Assembly: GCA_027050205.1 (NCBI GenBank)
Contig: JALUCS010000059.1
Location: forward strand, 1 to 14,642
Direction of reading: 5' to 3'
Source: a candidate division WOR-3 bacterium
GTDB taxonomy: Bacteria; Hydrothermota; Hydrothermia; LBFQ01
DNA: 14,642 nt
In this document: positions 7,965 to 14,642 of the stretch, piece by piece
How the letters are laid out: the number at the start of each line of letters is the position of its first letter
Numbering within the stretch: position 1 is the first letter of the stretch
Position numbers and translations under genes: made by a program
The notes under the pieces: generated by a model
The model's database searches: none
The model's input: the letters and a program-made list of their open reading frames with translations, nothing else
Told to the model about the DNA's origin: nothing

Positions 7965-9437
7965 TCACATAACCACCCGATGCACCTTTTGGCCAGTGCG
8001 GAGGAAGTAGACGCCCCTGCCGAGCTTGAGGGTGGTACCCCTCTCGGCTCTACCTTTCTGTAGGAGGGAGCCGTCAGCTCCGAATACGGCGTAATCCGTC
8101 GCCCTCGTGAAGGTTATCCGGCCGGAGCCTACTAGGAAGGGTTTCCCTTCTCCGTTCCCCTCATTTACGGCGAGGTCGTCGCCCCTGCCGTAGGGGCAGT
8201 TGTCGTCTATGACGGCTATCTGGGGTGGGCTTTCTCCGGTCAGGATCAGCTCAACGAAGCCGTCCCCATCGGCGTCGGCGACGGAGACGTTCCGGAGGTT
8301 CCCGACGGCATTCCCGTACCATATAGTACTGCCGTCGCTGGAGTTGAGTATATACACGTAGCCGTGGTAGGAGGCCGTGACCACTTCAAACCCCGGCGTT
8401 GAGATGTCCATATCGGCGAGGATCTCCCCCACGGGGTACTGCTGGGATAGGGAACGGCTCCACACTACCCCCCTGTCCGAGCCTCTGAACCTGTAGAGGT
8501 GGCCGAAGCGGTTCCCCTTAAAGACCTCCACGTGGCCATCGCCGTCCACGTCGTATATACCGGCCGTTGGAAAGGTGTAGGTGGCGGACGAGGTGAAGGG
8601 GGAGCCGCTCAACTCCGTACCGGAGGGGCCGTCTATGAAGTGAAACTTGGAACAGTTGGAGCCTATCACTACGTCCATATCCCCATCCTCGTCTATGTCC
8701 CCCACAGCCGGCGGGTTGGAGTAGGTGTTGCACCCGACGTCCAAGCTCCACTCTACGCTCCCCGTACATCCGTCCAGGGCGTAGACTCTGGTACCGCTAC
8801 CCCCGGCTATAACCTCCTTACAGGGGTCCCCGTCCAGTTGGGCGATGGCCGGGAAACTCCCGTCGCTGGCGTTTATGCTTCTGGACCACAGGATGGTGTT
8901 GGTGGAGGGGGTGTACGCGTAGATGTTTCCGTTGTCGCTCTGGACGATTATGTCAAGGAGGCCGTCGGCGTTCACGTCCCCTACGGAGGTGGAGGCGTCC
9001 GTACCCCCGATGTTCCGGGATACCTCAACCGTCCCCGTCGCCCCGTCAAGGACGAAGACGTCTCCGCTCCAAGTTGAGATGACGACCTCAAGGGCGCTAT
9101 CGTTGTCCATATCGGCTATGTTCGGGGTGTACTCCCCTGCCACGCTTCCGAGGTTCCGCGTCCATTCTAACGCCCCCGTCCTGCCGTCAAAGGCGTAGAT
9201 TATGTGATCGTAGGAGCCTACCACGACCTCCGGATTTCCGTCCCCGTCTATATCCGCCACTGTGGCTTGGGAGATTATCCAGTTCCCCGTTGTGTAGGTC
9301 CATACGGTGGTGGCCGAGCCGCAGTAGAAGTTCCCCCTCATAGTCTGCACGCCCGTGTGCTGGGCGTTTCCCTGATAGGTCTGCCAAGTGCCGTAGGCGA
9401 CGCTGTCGGGAAATCCTATCAGGTATATTACCAGCAT
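7965..9437 (-). CDS. FG-GAP/VCBS-repeat, PQQ-like beta-propeller protein with T9SS type A-like C-terminal domain
   Basis: Eight D-x-D-x-D-G-x-x-E/D-V/I-V/I-type repeats (ADIDGDGNPEVVVG, GDVNADGLLDII, GDIDEDGDMDVVIG, YDVDGDGHVEV, ADADGDGFVEL and others); WQTYQGNAQHTG N-terminus; C-terminal VFGADGS...GVYFLR...KVHRVV. Confidence 0.85.
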   Translation of the reverse strand: MLVIYLIGFPDSVAYGTWQTYQGNAQHTGVQTMRGNFYCGSATTVWTYTTGNWIISQATVADIDGDGNPEVVVGSYDHIIYAFDGRTGALEWTRNLGSVAGEYTPNIADMDNDSALEVVISTWSGDVFVLDGATGTVEVSRNIGGTDASTSVGDVNADGLLDIIVQSDNGNIYAYTPSTNTILWSRSINASDGSFPAIAQLDGDPCKEVIAGGSGTRVYALDGCTGSVEWSLDVGCNTYSNPPAVGDIDEDGDMDVVIGSNCSKFHFIDGPSGTELSGSPFTSSATYTFPTAGIYDVDGDGHVEVFKGNRFGHLYRFRGSDRGVVWSRSLSQQYPVGEILADMDISTPGFEVVTASYHGYVYILNSSDGSTIWYGNAVGNLRNVSVADADGDGFVELILTGESPPQIAVIDDNCPYGRGDDLAVNEGNGEGKPFLVGSGRITFTRATDYAVFGADGSLLQKGRAERGTTLKLGRGVYFLRTGQKVHRVVM

Positions 9438-9445
9438 AAGGCCAA

Positions 9446-9451
9446 ATTTTA
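9446..9451 (-). promoter_or_regulatory. Putative -10 box (TAAAAT, minus strand)
   Basis: 8 nt before the minus-strand ATG at 9437. Confidence 0.55.
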
Positions 9452-9708
9452 AGGGTGCGATGTGAGTGTTGGTTTGAGTATTCCAGAAAATGACGATTTT
9501 TCTGCATCACTTAGTATCTGACGAGGGTATCCACATCCGCGGTGATTTCAAAAATTGAAGTCCGGGTCTCAAGAATCCGCCACGGCGTTAAAGATTTTTA
9601 TTCCAACTTTAGGAAACGTTGAATGTTGTTAATGAGAACCGATTCAAAATTTTAAAATAGCGGAATTTTACGATGACCGTTAAGCGGCTATCACCTCATC
9701 CAATACGG

Positions 9709-11709
9709 TTATCCATTAAGTGGTACGTATCCCCCTACCTTCCGGACGTACTCCACGAAGTCCCTGTAGATGGGGTGGGTCCTTAGGGTCAAGGAGTCTC
9801 CGACGGTTATGAGCTTCCTCTTAGGCCGGGTTATGGCCACGTTCAGGCGGCGTACGTCGTTAAGGAAACCTATCTCCCCCCTCCGGTTGGACCTCACGAA
9901 GGATACCACTATGACCTCCTTCTCCCTTCCCTGAAACCCATCCACCGTCTTCACCTCCACCTCCTCCGGCACTCCCCCCTCGTAGAGCATCCTCCTTAAC
10001 AGGTCCACCTGATCGTCGTAGGGGGATATCACGCCAACGTCCGTAGGCTTCAGGCCGAGGTTCAGGAGGGCGCGGACGGCTTGGAAGACCACCCTCGCCT
10101 CCCCCTCGTTGTAGTAGGACGTGGAACCCCTCCGCTGTTTCTCCGGGGAACTGCCAAGGGTATCGGCGAAGACGACCGGCTTGAGGGGGTGGAGTAGGAC
10201 GGACAGGGGAGGTTGGAGGGCGGAGACCTTCTCCTCGGTTATCCCCAGATCTGCGAGGGTGTGGTGGGCGACGCTCTCGTGGGCTACGAGCTTTCCATCG
10301 TAGAAGGTACGGTTGGGGAACTCCATTATGACCTCGTGCATCCGGTACTGTATCCGCAGCATCTCCTTGATCCCGTCCCCGTAGACCTCAAGGAGGCGCT
10401 CAAAGAGGGTCCTCTGCAGGTGCTTTGCGGCCTCCTCGCTAAGGATGGTGGGAGGGAGCTGCTTGTGGTCCCCCGCCATCACCCACCTACTACCCTTGAC
10501 CATCGGGATCAGGCAGGAAGGCTCGGTGGCCTGGGTCGCCTCGTCTATGAAGACGACGTCAAACGTAAAGTGGGCGAGGACCTCGCTCCCGGCGGAGGAG
10601 TTGGTGGAGCATACGACCTCTGCGTTCCTAAGGACCCTCTCTACAGCTATGGCCTCGTACTTCTTGGCCCGGTCCATGAGGGCGTTTATCCGTTGTTGGA
10701 GTTTTATCCAAGCCGCCATCCTCCTTATGGCGTTGGGGTGGACCCCCCGGACGGGGGTACCCGTCTCGGCATACCGCATTATCTCCTCGTCGGAGAGTCC
10801 CCTCCTCCACCTCGGTGTCGGGACGAGGTACCCCTTCTGCTCCTCCCGGATCCGGTCTATCTCCTCGTAAATCTCCAACGCCCTTTTGTAGTCGGGGTCG
10901 TACTGGAGGAGGTAGTCCAAAGAGTGTTCAACCACCGCCTTGGTTATACGGGATGGGTTCCCTACCCTGACGACCTTTACGCCGTAGGAGGCGAGCCTCT
11001 CTACCATATTGTCCGTCGCTACGTTGGAGTCGGCCGTTGCCAGGACCTTCATCCCCTTCCGGACGTACTGGTAGATGGCCTCAACTACGGTCGTGGTCTT
11101 TCCCGTCCCCGGCGGCCCGTGTATCAGGAAGACGGGCGATGAGGCGACGGCCTTGCCTACCGCCCTCCTCTGGCTCTCGTTCAGTAGGGGGTTGCCGGGG
11201 GTTACCTCCGACTCCCTTATTTCGGGTTTGGACTTGCCAAGGAGGAGGTTGAGGAGGACGGGGTTGTCCTTCAGCCTCTGTAAGGCGTCCAACATCCTCT
11301 GGAAGGTTATGTCGTTGGCGAAGAGGTCCAGCCTGACACCTTTGCCGAGGGCGTAGGCCGGAGGGTGCTTGTCGTACGCTACGGTTAGCGAAAAACGGGT
11401 CTTCTCAACGACCGTCCCCTGAATCTCGTTCCCCTTGGGCCTCCCCCTGCTCGCTATTACGAGGTCCCCAACCTTTATCTCGGTGTCGGGCAATCCCCCC
11501 TGACGGACGTACTTGACGAGGTACGTACCCCCCAACCCCCTACCCACCAACTTCCCCCGTAGGTTCAAAATCGCCCTCCCGAGCTTCTCCCTCTTCCAAC
11601 CGGGGAGCCTCCTTATCTCCTGCCTGTGGAACTCCATCTCCGCCTCCCTCTCCAAGAGGACGAGGCGGCGAAAGTGAGTGTAGTACTCCCTGTAGGACCG
11701 AAATCGCAT
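9709..11709 (-). CDS. IGHMBP2/Upf1-like superfamily 1B helicase
   Basis: LNESQ Q-motif, GPPGTGKTT, SNVATDN, IDEATQ, AGDHKQLPP, QYRM, ISPY, TVDGFQGREKE, RRLNVAITR; N-terminal EREAE...RE.LGRA domain of the IGHMBP2 family. Confidence 0.93.
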   Translation of the reverse strand: MRFRSYREYYTHFRRLVLLEREAEMEFHRQEIRRLPGWKREKLGRAILNLRGKLVGRGLGGTYLVKYVRQGGLPDTEIKVGDLVIASRGRPKGNEIQGTVVEKTRFSLTVAYDKHPPAYALGKGVRLDLFANDITFQRMLDALQRLKDNPVLLNLLLGKSKPEIRESEVTPGNPLLNESQRRAVGKAVASSPVFLIHGPPGTGKTTTVVEAIYQYVRKGMKVLATADSNVATDNMVERLASYGVKVVRVGNPSRITKAVVEHSLDYLLQYDPDYKRALEIYEEIDRIREEQKGYLVPTPRWRRGLSDEEIMRYAETGTPVRGVHPNAIRRMAAWIKLQQRINALMDRAKKYEAIAVERVLRNAEVVCSTNSSAGSEVLAHFTFDVVFIDEATQATEPSCLIPMVKGSRWVMAGDHKQLPPTILSEEAAKHLQRTLFERLLEVYGDGIKEMLRIQYRMHEVIMEFPNRTFYDGKLVAHESVAHHTLADLGITEEKVSALQPPLSVLLHPLKPVVFADTLGSSPEKQRRGSTSYYNEGEARVVFQAVRALLNLGLKPTDVGVISPYDDQVDLLRRMLYEGGVPEEVEVKTVDGFQGREKEVIVVSFVRSNRRGEIGFLNDVRRLNVAITRPKRKLITVGDSLTLRTHPIYRDFVEYVRKVGGYVPLNG

Positions 11710-11757
11710 CCGGTGATTCTAAACCATGGGGATGCTTCGGGGCTATAATCCCCACCC
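11710..11757. promoter_or_regulatory. 48-bp divergent promoter region with back-to-back -10 boxes
   Basis: Minus-strand TAGAAT (11716-11721) 6 nt before helicase ATG 11709; plus-strand TATAAT (11744-11749) 8 nt before ATG 11758. Confidence 0.65.
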
Positions 11758-12090
11758 ATGAAAGGCGGAAAGGTCCTTGCTATAGTACGTCCCCAGTTCG
11801 CCCCCGGTTTCCTGCTCGCCGGTGTGGAGGTCTTTGAGACGGACGACCCCAAGAAGGCCGAGAGAAAGGCCAGGGAACTCCTCAACGACCCCCAAGACTA
11901 CTATCTGGTCGTGGTGGACGAGTATCTCGCCGAGCAGTTCTCAACCCCCACCCTCTCCCGTATGTTCTCCAGCACCGACCCCGTCTTCATCAACGTTGGC
12001 CTCACGGGGACGAGTGACGACGACATAATAAGGGAGATACAGCGGCTCGCCCAAGAGTCCCTCGGCTACGCCATAAGGATAGACGCATGA
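11758..12090 (+). CDS. V/A-type ATP synthase subunit F
   Basis: GFLLAGV motif near the N-terminus, DYYLVVVDE, PVFINV, C-terminal ..SLGY; 110 aa matches the ATP-synt_F family. Confidence 0.8.
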   Translation: MKGGKVLAIVRPQFAPGFLLAGVEVFETDDPKKAERKARELLNDPQDYYLVVVDEYLAEQFSTPTLSRMFSSTDPVFINVGLTGTSDDDIIREIQRLAQESLGYAIRIDA

Positions 12091-12842
12091 GGCGGCTCTT
12101 ACCTTTTGCCCTTCTCCTCGTCTCCTGCGGTCAGGGGATGCTTCCCTCCAAGCCGAGGATCTCCGGGGTATGGGGGAACCCCACGGGCGACAGGCTTGAG
12201 ATAAACTGGTACTACCTTGAGGGGGCTGACAGGTACGAGGTGTGGGGTATAGACTCTACGGGGGAGGCCAAGGGTTTGTATTCGGGGACGGATACGACGG
12301 TCTCCATCGGGGAGAGGTACCCGTACTACCTCGTCGTGGCCTACGCCCCATCGGACATGCAGTCCAGCGATACCGTAAAGGTGGCCCCTATCGGGGGAGA
12401 GTTCCTCCTAAGGTCTTACGGTTCCGGTTTCCGGAGTGCGATATGCTACAAGCCGGACACCACCAAGGACGCTTGGATCTTCCCGTGCGACCCCGAAAAT
12501 TCCCAAATGCAGCCCAACCTCCTCCTCATCTTGGACAGCCTGACCCTCGTCTCCCCTCTCAAGGATACGGCTAAGTTCGGCTCCCTCCACATCCTCTACT
12601 CTCCCGGCCCATCCGATATGGCTCCCCTACCCCCCTCCGGGTACGCTGACACCTTCCCCGTCGCCGTTGGCGAAACGGTGGCCGTATGGATAGACAGGGG
12701 TATAGCCGACACCTTTGACCTCACGGACAACGTCCTAAGGGTCGTATTGGACAGCGTATATCTCGGAGACGGTAGCAGGGACTCCATAAGGGTGAAGTTG
12801 GGCCTTAGGTACCAACTTGTGCCGAGGTTGAGATGGTACTGA
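12087..12842 (+). CDS. Hypothetical lipoprotein with Fn3-like N-terminal region
   Basis: MRRLLPFALLLVS-C lipobox-type signal; P..P.I....LEINW..GADRYEV...YYLVVAY resembles Fn3; ATGA overlap with the upstream stop. Confidence 0.72.
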   Translation: MRRLLPFALLLVSCGQGMLPSKPRISGVWGNPTGDRLEINWYYLEGADRYEVWGIDSTGEAKGLYSGTDTTVSIGERYPYYLVVAYAPSDMQSSDTVKVAPIGGEFLLRSYGSGFRSAICYKPDTTKDAWIFPCDPENSQMQPNLLLILDSLTLVSPLKDTAKFGSLHILYSPGPSDMAPLPPSGYADTFPVAVGETVAVWIDRGIADTFDLTDNVLRVVLDSVYLGDGSRDSIRVKLGLRYQLVPRLRWY

Positions 12843-13759
12843 CCCTACTTCTGGCCCAGACCTACAAGGTGGCCTTCATAGATATGGAGAGGGTCTATTC
12901 GGAGTACATAGACCTCCGGGATGCGAGGGAGCAGATCCTCCGTTACAAGGCCACCCTTGAGATAAGGCGGGATTCGGTCCAGCATCGTCTGGACTCCCTT
13001 CAGGAATCCCTGATGAAGCAGTGGCCTATGCTCACGGACGCCGAGAAGGTCCTAAGGTGGCAGGAGATTGAGAACACCAGAAAACGGCTGGACAGCTTGA
13101 ACCGGGCCATAATACGGCAGGTGGAGGCCAAGTCCAAGGAGGTGATGGCGCCCTACCTGAAGAAGGTCAGGGAGACGGCCAAGAAGATTGCCAAGGATAT
13201 GGGGTATGATGCCGTTGTGGATATAAGCGTCGCCCTATGGGTAGACCCCCAACACGACATAACCGGCCTCGTCCTTGACGAGTTGAACAGGGCGCACAAG
13301 GCGGCTGGCCTCGTCCTAAAGAAGGTGATAGTCTTCCCGTTCAGGGAGGAGGATACCCGCGTCCACTCGTGGGGCCTTGGGGACACGGCCCAGGTGGCCA
13401 TATACCAAGACCTCAACGGCAACCCCAAACTTGACCTGATGAACCCAGATCGGGTGAACGAAGTCCTACGCTCAAGGGGGTACAGTTGGCAGAGGTTGGA
13501 CGAGAGGGTGGTCTTCTCCGTAGCCCAAGCCTTCGCTCCTGACATCTACATCTTCGGTAAGGTGAAGTCCAAATCGGAGGACAGGGTGGATGTCTCGGTG
13601 GCCATATACGACGGTAGGACCGGAGAGGTGGTAAAGGTAGGAGATGCGGAACTGAAGGAGAGCGTGAGCGACATCCAGAGGGGAACGGAGTTCAGCAACA
13701 CCGTCACCCAAATGGCCCGCCGTCTCATAAACCGGTACCTATCCCAGTTCAGCAGGTGA
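12833..13759 (+). CDS. OmpH/Skp periplasmic chaperone fused to a CsgG/TolB-N/LpoB-like alpha/beta domain
   Basis: KVAFIDMERV start, long coiled coil, IAKDMGYDAVVD...DITGLVL end of OmpH (~aa 9-153). Then KVIVFPF...DIYIFGKV...VAIYDGRTGEVV, the pattern of the CsgG/TolB-N-like fold. Confidence 0.8.
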   Translation: MVLTLLLAQTYKVAFIDMERVYSEYIDLRDAREQILRYKATLEIRRDSVQHRLDSLQESLMKQWPMLTDAEKVLRWQEIENTRKRLDSLNRAIIRQVEAKSKEVMAPYLKKVRETAKKIAKDMGYDAVVDISVALWVDPQHDITGLVLDELNRAHKAAGLVLKKVIVFPFREEDTRVHSWGLGDTAQVAIYQDLNGNPKLDLMNPDRVNEVLRSRGYSWQRLDERVVFSVAQAFAPDIYIFGKVKSKSEDRVDVSVAIYDGRTGEVVKVGDAELKESVSDIQRGTEFSNTVTQMARRLINRYLSQFSR

Positions 13760-13760
13760 C

Positions 13761-14642
13761 CTATCGCCTCACCCGGCGGCGGAGGGCTACGATGGTCTGG
13801 TAGATGAGGTAAGAGGACAGGATGAAGAAAACGAGGGTCAGGAAGGAGTGATCCTCAAAGGAGTGCCTCTCTTTGTCGCACAGGTTCTGGGTGGGGAGGA
13901 ACTGTAGGAAGTTTGAGGCAAATTGGTTGAGATTTTCGGAGATTTTGGATATAACCTGCGCAAATTTTTCAGGAAAAACCCACCCAACGAATTCACCCCA
14001 TTTATCAACGCGGTTCTCAACGTACGTATAGGCCGAGACCGTACCGATGAGCCACATAAGGGGCCTTAGCCAACTAAGGCCGAAGTTGGCGGTCAGGCCG
14101 TAGAGGTAGTATATGACCAAGGAGTTGAGGGCGGAGATGGTACGGAGGAAGGGGAACCTGTAATGGGGAACGGCTATGAAGAAGAGGAGGAGTAAGAATA
14201 TGATGGGGGCGAGGGAGGTATGGTAGGCCAGGAGCAGGAAGATGAGGAGGACGGGGATAAGGTATAGGGATACTCCGAGGAGACGGAGAAGTGTAGCAGT
14301 GATCTGGAGGTATATTGTCCTAAGGGTATCTTGGCTATAGAGCAGCCTCCCCGAAACGTCTATGATCTTACCAAAAATCCACGATATAACCGGCAAACCG
14401 CTATCCCTAATCTCCATCTCCAACTCCCTGCCGTGAGCCTGCAGCTCAAGGGCGTAGAACTTGCGGGCGTCTATGTAGTTTTCCTGTTTGTCAAGGGCGA
14501 GTTTTATCTGGCGGTATATGTCCCTCGCAGCGCGGGGATCCTTCTCGTAAAGCTCCCGACTTATCCGTTTAGGGGAAACCTCTCCCCAGTTGACGTTGAC
14601 GAACTTTAGGTCTTCAAGATAGACGCTCTCAAAGTGTATGGT
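13761..14642 (-). CDS. Membrane protein of the pentapeptide-repeat-associated type (5' end outside window)
   Basis: The frame of ORF 13761..14423 stays open to the window end (TIHFESVYLEDLKFVNVNWGE...RDIYRQIKLALDKQENYIDARKFYALE); downstream FGLSWLRP motif and several TM helices. Confidence 0.65.
   Translation of the reverse strand, partial: TIHFESVYLEDLKFVNVNWGEVSPKRISRELYEKDPRAARDIYRQIKLALDKQENYIDARKFYALELQAHGRELEMEIRDSGLPVISWIFGKIIDVSGRLLYSQDTLRTIYLQITATLLRLLGVSLYLIPVLLIFLLLAYHTSLAPIIFLLLLFFIAVPHYRFPFLRTISALNSLVIYYLYGLTANFGLSWLRPLMWLIGTVSAYTYVENRVDKWGEFVGWVFPEKFAQVISKISENLNQFASNFLQFLPTQNLCDKERHSFEDHSFLTLVFFILSSYLIYQTIVALRRRVRR

Noticed and set aside
9187..9510. 107-aa minus-strand ORF starting in the AT-rich gap
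   Set aside because: Mostly overlaps the FG-GAP gene out of frame; no motif support.
9527..9717. Possible oriC: AT-rich gap with GTATCCACA (9527-9535) and TTATCCATT (9709-9717)
   Set aside because: Only two imperfect DnaA-box-like matches, no cluster, and no dnaA/dnaN-type neighbours.

Overview
High-GC (about 60% by eye) window from a diderm, probably thermophilic bacterium. Heavy use of AGG/ATA codons, a TonB-dependent-type OMP, OmpH and T9SS-like C-terminal domains suggest a WOR-3/FCB-adjacent lineage (inference). Contents in order: 5'-truncated pyrE, a TonB-dependent receptor-like OMP, a frameshift-split beta-propeller repeat gene, tRNA-Arg(UCU), mdh with an intrinsic terminator, an AAA_33 P-loop kinase coupled to an archaeal/eukaryote-type METTL5 methyltransferase, a Wzx-type flippase, two minus-strand secreted proteins with T9SS-like tails (one an FG-GAP propeller), a ~270 bp AT-rich gap, an IGHMBP2/Upf1-like helicase, then a divergent unit of an orphan V/A-ATPase subunit F, a lipoprotein and an OmpH fusion, and a truncated membrane protein of the pentapeptide-repeat-associated type. 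No CRISPR array or mobile element was seen. Three window-wide signals stand out. (1) Eight protein genes and the tRNA have a TANAAT -10 box 6-9 nt upstream with no usable Shine-Dalgarno, which points to near-universal leaderless expression. (2) Four exported proteins start with ultra-short (~7-8 aa), charge-free signal peptides. (3) TCGA is almost completely avoided.
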